Source of the DNA: Obrimoposthia wandeli
Taxonomy: Eukaryota
DNA length: 64,000 bases
NCBI GenBank assembly: GCA_977020255.1
Contig: CDROCS010005249.1
Span: 1 to 64,000 of the forward strand
Direction: 5' to 3'
Every line of letters begins with the position of its first letter. Within the stretch, counting starts at the first letter, position 1. The notes beneath the pieces were generated by a model. It was not told the DNA's origin. It ran no database searches and worked only from the letters and a program-made list of their open reading frames with translations. Shown here in pieces: positions 29,669 to 39,954 of the stretch. The position numbers and the translations under genes are program-made.

Positions 29669-31138
29669 ATGCAACTAACTAAACAATTAAACGATGTAAA
29701 TTTACTTAAGCACCAAGGCTATATTGACGGCCAATGGGTAAATGGTGAAGGTGACGCTACCTTTGATGTCATAAATCCAGCGACTCAAGAATTGATTGGT
29801 AAAGTAGCAAATCTTAGTGCAGCGCAAACTAAAATAGCCATCGAAAAAGCCTTTGTTGCACAGACACAATGGAAAGCTCAAACAGCAAAACATAGAGCAG
29901 ATGTGTTAGAGCGTTGGTACAACCTAATACTAGAAAACAGCGAAGACTTAGCTGTTATTATGAGTGCTGAGCAAGGTAAAACATTGGTAGAGTCGCGTGG
30001 TGAAATAGGCTATAGCGCGTCTTTTATAAAATGGTTCGCTGAAGAGGGCAAGCGGGTATATGGTGATGTATTACCCAGTACTAATGATCGTCAATCAATC
30101 GTCATAAAACAGCCTGTTGGGGTTGTGGCCGCAATTACTCCCTGGAACTTTCCAAGTGCTATGATTACTCGAAAAGTAGCACCAGCGCTAGCTGTCGGTT
30201 GCGCCATGGTCTTAAAACCTGCTGCAGAAACGCCTTACTCGGCACTTGCTTTAGCCCAACTTGCAGAGCAAGCAGGTTTGCCTGCTGGCTTGTTCAATGT
30301 TATACCCACAGATAACGCAGTTGCAGTAGGGGAAGAGCTAACGTCCAACACAACCGTCAAGAAACTAACATTTACTGGCTCTACACCGGTAGGTAAATTA
30401 TTGATGGCACAGTGCGCTAATACCGTAAAAAGAACATCAATGGAACTGGGTGGAAACGCACCTATTCTTATTTTTGATGATGCAGATTTAGATCTAGTAA
30501 TCCCAGGCATCATCAACGCTAAGTTTAGAAACAGTGGCCAAACTTGCATCAGTGCCAACCGCATTATTGTACAAGAAGGTATTTATGAAGAGTTTGTGCA
30601 GCGTTTAAGCGAAGCAACTAAGGCATTTAATTTTGGCTCTTACACTAATAGCCAAGTAACACACGGGCCATTGATTACTGCAAAGGCTGTCGCTAATGTT
30701 AATTTAAAAGTACAACAAGCGATTAAAGAAGGTGCGAGCGTTGTTTGCGGCGCACAAATCAATAATACCGATGGTTTCTTTTATCCAGCGACTATTTTGA
30801 GCAACGTACGTGATGATATGGCGATCTTTAATGAAGAAATATTTGGCCCAGTTGCTGCTGTTTACTCTTTTAAAGATGAACAGCAGGGTGTATCAATGGC
30901 CAATGATACTGAATTTGGCTTAGCCGCTTACATCTACACTGAAAGCATGCGCACCAGCTGGCGTGTAAGCGAAGCGTTAGAGTACGGTATGGTTGGAGTA
31001 AACGAGACCGCTATCAGCTCAGAAGTTATCCCATTTGGTGGCGTAAAAGAATCAGGGCAAGGTAGAGAAGGCTCAAAATATGGCTTGGATGATTACTTAG
31101 AAACAAAGTATATCTGCCTAGGTTCAATGAATAGATAA
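29669..31138 (+). CDS. gabD: NAD(P)-dependent succinate-semialdehyde dehydrogenase
   Basis: ITPWNFPSAM, FTGSTPVG, MELGGNAP, GQTC, EEIFGPV, FGGVKESGQGREGSKYG. Confidence 0.93.
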   Translation: MQLTKQLNDVNLLKHQGYIDGQWVNGEGDATFDVINPATQELIGKVANLSAAQTKIAIEKAFVAQTQWKAQTAKHRADVLERWYNLILENSEDLAVIMSAEQGKTLVESRGEIGYSASFIKWFAEEGKRVYGDVLPSTNDRQSIVIKQPVGVVAAITPWNFPSAMITRKVAPALAVGCAMVLKPAAETPYSALALAQLAEQAGLPAGLFNVIPTDNAVAVGEELTSNTTVKKLTFTGSTPVGKLLMAQCANTVKRTSMELGGNAPILIFDDADLDLVIPGIINAKFRNSGQTCISANRIIVQEGIYEEFVQRLSEATKAFNFGSYTNSQVTHGPLITAKAVANVNLKVQQAIKEGASVVCGAQINNTDGFFYPATILSNVRDDMAIFNEEIFGPVAAVYSFKDEQQGVSMANDTEFGLAAYIYTESMRTSWRVSEALEYGMVGVNETAISSEVIPFGGVKESGQGREGSKYGLDDYLETKYICLGSMNR

Positions 31139-31276
31139 ATAGATAAAATCCAACAAATTATAAATAAACCTCGACTATCATTTATATCAGCATAGCTAGC
31201 AATTTATCGAGGTTTATATTTCAGGCAAACGTAACCGTGTTAAGTTTGCCCTAAATACAAAATTAGGAATAGATGT

Positions 31277-32554
31277 ATGAATAACCAACAATTACAAGCA
31301 CGCAAAACTAAAGTAATAGCGAGAGGCCAAGGAAACCTTTATTCAGCGTATATAGAACGCGGAGAAGGTTCTGAGCTTTGGGATGTTGAAGGTAATAGGT
31401 TCATTGATTTTGGTGCGGGTATTGCTGTATGTAACACCGGACATAGCCACCCTAAAGTAGTCGCTGCTGCACGCGAGCAATTAGAAAAATTTAGCCATAC
31501 TTGTGTCATGGTAAACCCATATGAAGTGGCTGTAGAACTGGCAGAAAAATTGGTTGATATAGCGCCTGGCGACAGTGAAAAAAAGGCCATTTTTGTATCG
31601 ACAGGTGCAGAAGCAGTTGAAAACTGTGTAAAAATTGCCCGTGCACACACTGGCAGACGCGCAGTGGTTGCTTTTAATGGGGCTTTTCATGGTCGTACTA
31701 ATTTAACCATGGCACTCACCGGAAAAATAACTCCCTACAAAAACTTATTCGGACCTTTTCCCGCTGATATATTTCATGTGCCTTACCCAGTAGCTTTACA
31801 TGATGTCAGTGTTAAGCAATCACTAAAAGCGCTAGAGAACCTATTTAAAGTAGACATAGCCCCTTGTGATGTAGCGGCAATTATTATTGAACCTGTGCAA
31901 GGTGAAGGCGGGTTCTATCAGGCTCCGGCTAGTTTCCTACAGGCGTTACGCGACATTTGTGATGAACATGGCATTGTTTTAATTGGAGATGAAATTCAAA
32001 CAGGCTTTGCTCGCACCGGAAAAATGTTCAGCTTTGAACATGCTGGAGTTGAGCCAGATTTAATAACGATGGCAAAAGGCATTGCTGGTGGGTTTCCACT
32101 AGCAGCAGTGGTTGGCAAAAGCGAAATCATGGATGCACCATTACCAGGTGGCTTAGGCGGAACGTACGGCGGATCTCCAGTAGCATGTGCAGCCGCGCTG
32201 GCAGTATTGGATGTGATTAAAGAAGAAAATTTAGTAGAAAAATCTCAGCAAATAGGCGCTTTATTTAATCAGCGCTTATCTTCTTTACAAGCGCAGTACC
32301 CATCTTTAATCAGTGAAGTACGTAATCAAGGTTGTATGATTGCAATGGAGTTGATGTGTGAAGGTGATGTAGAGCAACCTAATACAGAGCTAACCCAAGC
32401 GATCATTGCTAAGGCGTGCGAACATGGTTTAGTACTGTTAGCCTGCGGCTTCTATGGAAACGTCATTCGTTTCTTGCCCGCACTAACAATCAGTGAAGAG
32501 CTAGTAAATGAAGGTATGGATAGCTTTGAGAAGTTATTTAAAAGCTTGGTTTAA
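31277..32554 (+). CDS. gabT: 4-aminobutyrate-2-oxoglutarate aminotransferase
   Basis: STGAEAVEN, FHGRT, IEPVQGEGG, DEIQTGFARTG, AKGIAGG (PLP Lys), GGTYGGSP; directly follows gabD. Confidence 0.93.
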   Translation: MNNQQLQARKTKVIARGQGNLYSAYIERGEGSELWDVEGNRFIDFGAGIAVCNTGHSHPKVVAAAREQLEKFSHTCVMVNPYEVAVELAEKLVDIAPGDSEKKAIFVSTGAEAVENCVKIARAHTGRRAVVAFNGAFHGRTNLTMALTGKITPYKNLFGPFPADIFHVPYPVALHDVSVKQSLKALENLFKVDIAPCDVAAIIIEPVQGEGGFYQAPASFLQALRDICDEHGIVLIGDEIQTGFARTGKMFSFEHAGVEPDLITMAKGIAGGFPLAAVVGKSEIMDAPLPGGLGGTYGGSPVACAAALAVLDVIKEENLVEKSQQIGALFNQRLSSLQAQYPSLISEVRNQGCMIAMELMCEGDVEQPNTELTQAIIAKACEHGLVLLACGFYGNVIRFLPALTISEELVNEGMDSFEKLFKSLV

Positions 32555-32592
32555 ATAGCTCGCTAAAAAGAGCCCGTTATTTAAAAACAAAC

Positions 32593-32625
32593 CCAGCGAG
32601 TAGCAATGAAATATCTACTCGCTGG
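32593..32625. terminator. Probable terminator between gabT and chaC
   Basis: CCAGCGAGTAG / CTACTCGCTGG perfect 11-bp stem between convergent genes. Confidence 0.6.
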
Positions 32626-32698
32626 CAGTTAAACTATTAAGAGAAAGCACAGTTTAAAGCACTATTTATTATGAGTTTTATGAAAAATAGTTAATATA

Positions 32699-33313
32699 TC
32701 AAAGGTGTGCAGCGATAGCTTCAAGCCTAGAATCATGGATGCCATCTAAACGAAGGTGCTCTAAAGTAGAGTTCAAATACTCACTACTCTTACCATTTAA
32801 ACCTTTTGCAACTGCAACTATTTGCGCTAACTGCTGACTACTTTTACCCTTTGTATATTGCGGGTGGTTTCGATCAACCACAAAAGTGAGCGCATTAACG
32901 CAACGTCCATCTTTAGCAAAAAGCTTAACAATACGCGCACTGTAAACCATAGTGGGTAGCTCTCTGGTATACAAATACTGAGCAACGGCTTCTTTATTTG
33001 CTTCACTTACTTTAAACAACTTTCCGGTACAGCTGCCGCCTTTATCTAACCCCAACACTAAACCTGGCTGTTGCTGAGTACCTCTATGTACCCAGGAGAG
33101 CACACAAAGGGCTCGATGATATCCAAAAATACGACCATCTACTTTTTCAATGTACTCAAAATCTGGACGCCACATCAGTGATCCATAACCAAAAACCCAT
33201 AAATCGCCATCGGGTAGTGTAGGGAAAACTGCATTTTGATGCGCTTGTAAAAGCTGTTCTGAAGCAGGCAAAGAATGTGAAAAATGTTCGAGCTGGCAAT
33301 GAGTATTCTTCAT
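32699..33313 (-). CDS. chaC: ChaC-family gamma-glutamylcyclotransferase
   Basis: WVFGYGSLMW, HRGT..QPGLVLGL, YL..RE, G..G....YL motifs. Confidence 0.9.
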   Translation of the reverse strand: MKNTHCQLEHFSHSLPASEQLLQAHQNAVFPTLPDGDLWVFGYGSLMWRPDFEYIEKVDGRIFGYHRALCVLSWVHRGTQQQPGLVLGLDKGGSCTGKLFKVSEANKEAVAQYLYTRELPTMVYSARIVKLFAKDGRCVNALTFVVDRNHPQYTKGKSSQQLAQIVAVAKGLNGKSSEYLNSTLEHLRLDGIHDSRLEAIAAHL

Positions 33314-33340
33314 AGGTGTGATTAATGCCTTTTATAGTGA

Positions 33341-33493
33341 CATTGCTGTGCGGTTTAGTTTTTGTTGCGCTCTAATTGATTGATTTTACGTTACAGGTAA
33401 AGGCAATTCAGTTACAAATTCACCTTTTAGCTATAGCAGATAGTTAGAAATCAATTAGTTAGACGGCTTACATTTCTTAACCAGACAGTCATG
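33341..33493 (+). mobile_element. 153-bp IS4-related MITE, copy A
   Basis: TIRs CATTGCTGTGCGGTTTAG / reverse CATGACTGTCTGGTTAAG; degenerate 9-bp TSD TTATAGTGA / TTATAGAAA. Confidence 0.85.
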
Positions 33494-33829
33494 TTATAGA
33501 AAATAAAACGAAATAAACTAACAGCTAAAATGTATCAGTGTTTATTATCTAGCATAATAAATTAAGATGCTAGTAATGCAAACCTCAAGCAAGGTTTTAC
33601 TATAGGCTAGGTGATGGATGCTAAAGAGAAACAAATTTATTGGGTAGGTAACTCTAACGCTTAAAGTGTCATCCGTAAAAGCAACGCCTTTAGGGATTAT
33701 TTACTCATCAGAGAGCTATATTTGTATTTAATTCATCACTCATTTGAACCATAATCCAAAAATATAAATACTGAGATGCTGATGACACAAGCCATAGTAG
33801 CATTACCTTAATAACAGAAGTGATTTAAG

Positions 33830-34786
33830 CTATTTACCCATGTTTACTAATAAATCATAATTATTTTTCTTAAAATGCTGATGAATGAATTCACGTAAGC
33901 ATTTAGCTCTAGCACTGAGTAATTTTCCACTGGGCCATACCGTGTAAAGATCTCGGTCAGGCCCTCTCCAATCAGTTAACAGATGCACCAACTTTCCTTG
34001 CTCAATAAGATGAAATACTTCACTACTGGGTAATAATGAAATACCTATATCATCACACACTAATTGCGTCACTAACTTAATATCATCAGTGATTGTTGAA
34101 AATCTAGGGCGAAGTAATTGCTGTTTATTCTCCTTCACACTACTCATAGCCCAACTTGATAAGGTATTAGTGCCTATTAAACGATGATCATCAAGCGCTT
34201 CTATACTTTTAGGTTCACCCTTTAAAGCTAAATATTCTGGTGATGCAACTAACAAAGTACACAGTGAACCCAAGCGTTTTTGATAGAGTAATGATGACTC
34301 TTGAGGCCCTATTCGCAATGCAATATCAGCGCCTGATGAGAGCATACTTTGCATGCTGTTACTTAAACTTAGCTCTAACTTAATATCGGGATAAGTTTGA
34401 ATAAATTCAGACCACATGGGTTGCAAAATACCTGTTGAAATATTATTAGGTGCCAGTACTTTTAAGGGCCCTGCAAGTGTATGCATTTCATGACTCAATT
34501 TGTGCTGAGCTTGTTCAAACTGTTCAACTAAACCAGCATAAGCTTGATAGTAACTCTCCCCCTCAGGTGTTAGCACAAATTGGCCAGCAGATCGATGAAT
34601 CAACTGATGAGCTACTTGCTCTTCCAACCTTTTTAAACGCCTAGTTACCGTTGCAGCGGGAAGATTCAGTTTATTTGCCGCGCCAGCTAAACTTTGTTGT
34701 TGGACTATATGCACAAATAACACAATGTCGTCGATCATGATTTCACTATTGGAATTATTGATTGATTTATCTAGCATATATTCCAT
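33830..34786 (-). CDS. LysR-family regulator (true start may be a downstream ATG)
   Basis: IDDIVLFVHIVQQQSLAGAA...VTRRLKRLE HTH; LELSLSN...DIALRIG. Confidence 0.92.
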   Translation of the reverse strand: MEYMLDKSINNSNSEIMIDDIVLFVHIVQQQSLAGAANKLNLPAATVTRRLKRLEEQVAHQLIHRSAGQFVLTPEGESYYQAYAGLVEQFEQAQHKLSHEMHTLAGPLKVLAPNNISTGILQPMWSEFIQTYPDIKLELSLSNSMQSMLSSGADIALRIGPQESSLLYQKRLGSLCTLLVASPEYLALKGEPKSIEALDDHRLIGTNTLSSWAMSSVKENKQQLLRPRFSTITDDIKLVTQLVCDDIGISLLPSSEVFHLIEQGKLVHLLTDWRGPDRDLYTVWPSGKLLSARAKCLREFIHQHFKKNNYDLLVNMGK

Positions 34787-34843
34787 CTATGCAAATGTCT
34801 ATGCTGTCTTTTCCTACAATGCACACCCACAACGGAGATACAC

Positions 34844-35131
34844 ATGACTAAACTATGGATTAGTGCCGGTTTAAAAAACACTTCTGACAAATCAGCCAGC
34901 TATGTAAATAAAGCCCTAATAGATTTACAAAAAATGACCATAAAAGAGCAAGGCTGCATGCAATTTGACATTTTACAGCATAGAGATGATTCTAAACTAT
35001 TTACACTTTGGGAAGAATGGGTAAACGAGCAAGCATTGAATGATCATTTCAAGAAAGATCACACAACTGCCTATTTAGCGTTGCAACTCACTGACGTTAC
35101 TTACATAGAAAAACTGGTGAAACTATCATGA
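34844..35131 (+). CDS. ABM-domain protein (putative quinol monooxygenase)
   Basis: EQGCMQFDI...FTLWEEW...AL..HF..HT pattern. Confidence 0.82.
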   Translation: MTKLWISAGLKNTSDKSASYVNKALIDLQKMTIKEQGCMQFDILQHRDDSKLFTLWEEWVNEQALNDHFKKDHTTAYLALQLTDVTYIEKLVKLS

Positions 35132-35361
35132 TTCACCGTATCCTTTTCGCACTGCTAATGTCGTTATTACTCTCTTTTTTAATGTCTGCATGGGTCATAT
35201 GGCTAAATTTGGGATGGAGCACAATGTTTTATCAGCAGTGGTTACAAGCATTTATTTTAGCTTGGCCAGCCGCTGCTTTAATCTCCCTGTTTAGTGCACC
35301 AGAAATCCACAAACTCGCCACAGTATTGAGTAAAAAAATTAATATTAGGCTAGCTACTTAG
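35128..35361 (+). CDS. DUF2798-like small membrane protein
   Basis: LLMSLLLSFLMS..V...W..AF.LAWP pattern; overlaps the ABM gene stop (ATGA). Confidence 0.72.
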   Translation: MIHRILFALLMSLLLSFLMSAWVIWLNLGWSTMFYQQWLQAFILAWPAAALISLFSAPEIHKLATVLSKKINIRLAT

Positions 35362-35489
35362 TAATAAGAGAACTTTTCATGCAGTAACGAGCGAAGTTCA
35401 GGTAAGGCTAAAATAGATAATAAATATATAAACAACAATAGATTAGATCATGTCTAGAGGATAAACTGCTGAATCTAGGTTGAAAGTAA

Positions 35490-36344
35490 TTATGCTGCTT
35501 GGTAACTTTGCTGAGCAGTTTTACGCCAAATTACATGGCTAGATTTTAAGCCAAATGAAGCATTATCAAATACCGCCGATTCTCGCGCTTTTACTCTATC
35601 AAGGCTACTTTCTTGCAACCAAGATTGTTGCTCATTGATGTTTATGGAATACTCGTAAGCGTCTCTAAAAAAGCCTAATTCAACGCCATTATTAGAATCA
35701 ATGACCACAGGGACTACAATTGTGGCACAGCTATTAAAAGCCATGATATTTGTATGATTAGATAACCATACAGTAATATTATCTGTAGCAGCTTTTACTG
35801 AAAAATAAGAGAAATATTCTTTTGCCAACTTATCTCGATGACATAACTTCTCATCGAGAAGCACTGAACTTGCCTGTAAGTCGCACTTTATACTTGCAGG
35901 GCTAATAGCAAATAAATTAATGAATTTTGTATTTAGCACAAAGTTATGTTGAATTGTTTTTAGCCATTTCATGCGAACAGAAGCAGCAAAAGATTTTAAG
36001 CGCCATAATTCAGGAATATCTTGTACATTGATGCTGAAGCCTCTCTGATCTATTTCAAATGCAATGTTAATGGCAAATTCACGGGCAGACGGGAAGCTTT
36101 TATCAACTTGAAAAGTGTTAAGCATAATGCGCAATAACGAAGCAGATGAAGCCAATTGGGTAGCGAGTTTTACCGAGATAACATTGGTTTCTTTCGCTAC
36201 TTTAATAAATGTTTTTAACCAAGGGCGCGGTGCTATAGAGAGGCTTGCACTGGTTTTCCAATTTGGTAGCATAATTTGATCAAAAACATCATTTGCAACT
36301 TTATTAAACATCCATGTTATCCCTAACGCACACAGTGATATCAC
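35490..36344 (-). CDS. Hypothetical protein, no family recognised (start may be ATG 36311)
   Basis: 284-codon ORF filling an otherwise empty region in AT-rich DNA. Confidence 0.7.
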   Translation of the reverse strand: MISLCALGITWMFNKVANDVFDQIMLPNWKTSASLSIAPRPWLKTFIKVAKETNVISVKLATQLASSASLLRIMLNTFQVDKSFPSAREFAINIAFEIDQRGFSINVQDIPELWRLKSFAASVRMKWLKTIQHNFVLNTKFINLFAISPASIKCDLQASSVLLDEKLCHRDKLAKEYFSYFSVKAATDNITVWLSNHTNIMAFNSCATIVVPVVIDSNNGVELGFFRDAYEYSININEQQSWLQESSLDRVKARESAVFDNASFGLKSSHVIWRKTAQQSYQAA

Positions 36345-36846
36345 TGTAAAATTCCCTATTACGCTTCCTGTCTAGAAAACGCGAGTATATAAAATATATC
36401 CCTATCTTTTTACGGTACAAATAAAAAACTTTCAAGATTAAAGCAAAAAATAAATTAAATACTTTGTGCTTAAAGCAAATTAAATTTATGGATTATATCT
36501 TAAGCAAGTAGGTGATATAAAATGTATTCAACATGTAAATATATTAATGTTTCATTAACTTTTGTGGCTTTTCTTACCTTAACCAACTATTACCAGTTAA
36601 CTGTATCTAAAATCGAGAGATGCCAATAAATTATCAGGCTCTTTGTATCAAGAGTGATAGCTAGAGTCCTATGCCTATCCTAGACCTATATATGAGCAGT
36701 GATTTGGTTCTTTGCTAAGGCAAAGGACACAATGAGGAAGTTTATGTTAATAAATGGCCAATTAAGCTCACCTTAAATGCCAGCAAAGGATAAACTAACA
36801 ACCTAGTAAGGTCTTAATGAATATATAAGGTTTAAGAAAAGGTTCT

Positions 36847-37386
36847 ATGTTACATTTTTGGCTGCTCACACACCCTCGTGAATTATCTCGATTGAACAAC
36901 ACCGGGAAAATCGTTTTAGATACGCTTGATCGCACCGAGTCACCCGTACTTAAAAATATAACAGCGACACTGGTCAATTGGGATAGAGTAGCGCCTTGTG
37001 AGCGTTTGTTAAATGCATTGATAACACAGCCTAGTGTGCTTTTATACCCTGATTTAGCAAGCAAAAAGCGTAACTGTGTTGTCGAAAATAAGCATAAAGA
37101 TACGCTAATAAATTTACAAAATACGCAGCTCAATGTCGTGATTTTAGATGGCACCTGGCAAGAGGCTCGAAAAATGTACAATAAAAGTGCCTATCTTAAA
37201 GAGCTGAGTAAGTTGTATTTGCAAACTAATACAACCTCCAAGTATCAACTAAGACGTAACCAACAGGAGTTTGGGTTGTGTACGGCTGAAGCCGTGATTG
37301 AACTGCTAAAACTAGGCTCTCATTCACAACTTGCAACCAGTATAGAAAATAGTTTTATCGCGTTTCTTGGTCAGCAAAAAAAATAG
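36847..37386 (+). CDS. DTW-domain protein (tRNA-uridine aminocarboxypropyltransferase family)
   Basis: LLTHPRE..NNTG, LLYP, VILDGTWQEARKM, LCTAEA motifs. Confidence 0.88.
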   Translation: MLHFWLLTHPRELSRLNNTGKIVLDTLDRTESPVLKNITATLVNWDRVAPCERLLNALITQPSVLLYPDLASKKRNCVVENKHKDTLINLQNTQLNVVILDGTWQEARKMYNKSAYLKELSKLYLQTNTTSKYQLRRNQQEFGLCTAEAVIELLKLGSHSQLATSIENSFIAFLGQQKK

Positions 37387-37397
37387 AGGTTTAAGCG

Positions 37398-37880
37398 TTG
37401 TTAGATAATCCAGATGTATATTATATTGCTAGAGCTTTGCACATTATCGGCGTTGTTTTTTGGATTGGTGGTGTAGCCTTTGTCACCTGTATTTTAATAC
37501 CCGCACTTAAAGAGTTTCAGCAAGCGGATAATAAAATGCAGCTGTTTGAAAAACTGGAAGGTAAGTTTGCCAAACTAGCTAAAATAGCCACGTTGCTCAC
37601 CGGTTTGTCAGGCTTTTATATGTTGAACTTTGTGCAAGGGTGGGCAAGGTATAGTGCGGTCGAATACTGGTGGCTACACTTAATGACCTTTGTTTGGCTA
37701 ATCTTTAGCTTAGTATTATTTGTTTTTGAGCCTTGGTTTTTACATCGCTGGTTTAAACAATCAGCAACCAAAGACAGTGTTAAAACATTCAATATTTTAC
37801 ACATAATGCACATTATACTACTCAGTATCAGTGTAATTGCTATTGCTGCAGCGCTTTTAGGTAGCCATGGCTACCTGTAA
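37398..37880 (+). CDS. Membrane protein, CopD/DUF2269-like four-helix type
   Basis: RALHIIGVVFWIGG; LTGLSGFYM; several His residues in TM helices. Confidence 0.65.
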   Translation: MLDNPDVYYIARALHIIGVVFWIGGVAFVTCILIPALKEFQQADNKMQLFEKLEGKFAKLAKIATLLTGLSGFYMLNFVQGWARYSAVEYWWLHLMTFVWLIFSLVLFVFEPWFLHRWFKQSATKDSVKTFNILHIMHIILLSISVIAIAAALLGSHGYL

Positions 37881-37905
37881 AAACCTTCCTTTGCTTATTG
37901 AAGAC

Positions 37906-38823
37906 TTAAACGTAATTCAAATTATCTTTAATTATTCTAGCGCATAAATCTCTAAACCATTTATGCGCAGGATCTCTTTGTAAAGTAGGCGGCCAACTTA
38001 AGTAATATTTGGTAGCCGATAGCTCAAACGGTATGTTCTTACTCACTAAGTTAAATTGCTGTAAAAACCTTTGCGCTACTATGGGGGATGAATTGAATAA
38101 CATTTGGGTTTGGCTAATGACATCTAATGCATTTAAGTAGTGTGGGGTTCTAAAACCAATTTTTCTGGTTTTGCCCATGACTCTCAGTTGATTTTCTAAC
38201 GGCATGTTTGGGCCACCGCCGAGCGATACGACCACATGAGGAAAACTTAAGAATGATTCTAAATCAAGATCTGTATTTGCTAATGGGTGAGTGGCACTCA
38301 TAAAGCAATGCATATCCTCTATACCTACATATAACTGATGAAAATATTCAGGTACATAAGTCATTTGGCTACCTAGAGCAAGGTCTATTATTTGCGAGCT
38401 CTGATGTTGTAAAGACTTACCTCTAATATCGACAATTTCTAGTTGCGCACTAGGTGCTTGAATATAAAACTCTTTTACCAAACGGGTTAAGTGGGCCTGT
38501 GACGTATAATTACTCATATGTAATCTAAAATTACGCTGACACAGCTCAGGCACAAAATCTTGACTAATAAACAGCGAACTCAATTGATCTAAGGTGCTTT
38601 GCAGAGGCTGTATTAATGAAATCGCCCTAGAAGTTGGCTCCATACCATGGCTTGTTCTCACAAAAAGTGGGTCATCAAATAGCGCTCTTAATTTACCAAG
38701 TGATCGGCTCATAGCCGGCTGGCTCATCTTCATCTCATCAGCCGCTCTACTAACATTACGAAGCTCTAACAATGAATTAAGGCACAGTAGAAGCTTAAAA
38801 TCTATTTGTGATAAATCGATCAT
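37906..38823 (-). CDS. LysR-family regulator (LeuO/NodD-like subgroup)
   Basis: IDFKLLLCLNSLLELRNVSRAA...QPAMSRSLGKLR..FDDPLFVR; D.AHKWFR. Confidence 0.92.
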   Translation of the reverse strand: MIDLSQIDFKLLLCLNSLLELRNVSRAADEMKMSQPAMSRSLGKLRALFDDPLFVRTSHGMEPTSRAISLIQPLQSTLDQLSSLFISQDFVPELCQRNFRLHMSNYTSQAHLTRLVKEFYIQAPSAQLEIVDIRGKSLQHQSSQIIDLALGSQMTYVPEYFHQLYVGIEDMHCFMSATHPLANTDLDLESFLSFPHVVVSLGGGPNMPLENQLRVMGKTRKIGFRTPHYLNALDVISQTQMLFNSSPIVAQRFLQQFNLVSKNIPFELSATKYYLSWPPTLQRDPAHKWFRDLCARIIKDNLNYV

Positions 38824-38950
38824 GGTAAATACTCAGATAATTAATGCTTATGATATTCACTAAACGAATAATGGTAAGCCAGTATATGTATTAGATTATA
38901 TATTAAATATGGTTCATGCTACGCCAAACTGAGTTTATGAGAATATTTTT

Positions 38951-39907
38951 ATGCAAACGCAATACAATTTCAAATTGGGTTTTATTTTTGTTATCACAGC
39001 AGTAGTGTTTTGGGGGATGTTGCCAATCGCCTTAAAGTTATCTGCAGATTTTATTGATCCAGTAACCTTGACTTGGTTTCGTTTTTTTGTCGCTTTTATT
39101 GTCAGCATAATACTGCAGCGTTTATCCGGCAATTTAGCGCAATTTAGAAAATTGTTACTTCAAGATTGGGCTATTCTTACATTAGCGGCAGCTTTCTCAC
39201 TGACTAATTATATTACCTTTGTTTATTGTTTAGATTATTTACAACCTGGGCCTGCACAGCTTAATTTTCAAAGTGCACCGTTCTTTTTAGCTTTTGGTGG
39301 GGTTATCTTTTTCAAAGAGAAGTTAAATGCTATCCAAATGTCGTGTTTTGCCACACTTGCGCTGGGTATGCTGCTCTTTTTCCATCCCACATTAAGTATT
39401 TCAGGTGCTGAGGGTAACAGTGCCTGGGTCGGTGTGATTTTTGTGCAATTTTCAGCATTATCTTGGGCTTGTTATGCGTTGATACAAAAGAAATTAATCT
39501 CAAAGTTATCACCTGGAAATGTACTATTGTACATCTACGGTTCTGGCTTAGTTTTATTATTGCCATTTAGCAATTTTGAACACTTTGCCAGCATGCAAAC
39601 CAATCAATGGATTATTGCCATTTTTTGCGCAATAAATACGTTAATTGCCTACGGCGGCTTTGCGCAAGCGATGAAATACTGGCCAACGGCACAAGTTGGG
39701 GCAAGTGTAGCCCTTACTCCCATTTTTAGTTTTAGCTTTACGGTCGTGGTAGTGGCTATGCAGTGGTGGCCTAATAAAATTATTGCTAATGAGCTGAACA
39801 CGTTAGCGGTGTTAGGTATTTTTATGGTGGTAGCATCGGTATTAATTGTACAACTTATGCCTTTAATCAAAAGGAGGATGAGCAAAGCAATTGAGTCTGC
39901 GATATAG
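38951..39907 (+). CDS. EamA/DMT-family transporter, divergent from LysR
   Basis: FWGMLPIALK..PVTLTWFRF; two EamA repeats. Confidence 0.9.
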   Translation: MQTQYNFKLGFIFVITAVVFWGMLPIALKLSADFIDPVTLTWFRFFVAFIVSIILQRLSGNLAQFRKLLLQDWAILTLAAAFSLTNYITFVYCLDYLQPGPAQLNFQSAPFFLAFGGVIFFKEKLNAIQMSCFATLALGMLLFFHPTLSISGAEGNSAWVGVIFVQFSALSWACYALIQKKLISKLSPGNVLLYIYGSGLVLLLPFSNFEHFASMQTNQWIIAIFCAINTLIAYGGFAQAMKYWPTAQVGASVALTPIFSFSFTVVVVAMQWWPNKIIANELNTLAVLGIFMVVASVLIVQLMPLIKRRMSKAIESAI

Positions 39908-39954
39908 GAGCTATTAAGCACGACAGCCGTAAACTAGCATACAGATTCATGCGC

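Noticed and set aside
36700-36730. GCAAAG-containing hairpin as a c-di-GMP-I riboswitch
   Set aside because: Only one short stem is present; the two-stem GEMM architecture and tetraloop receptor are not seen.
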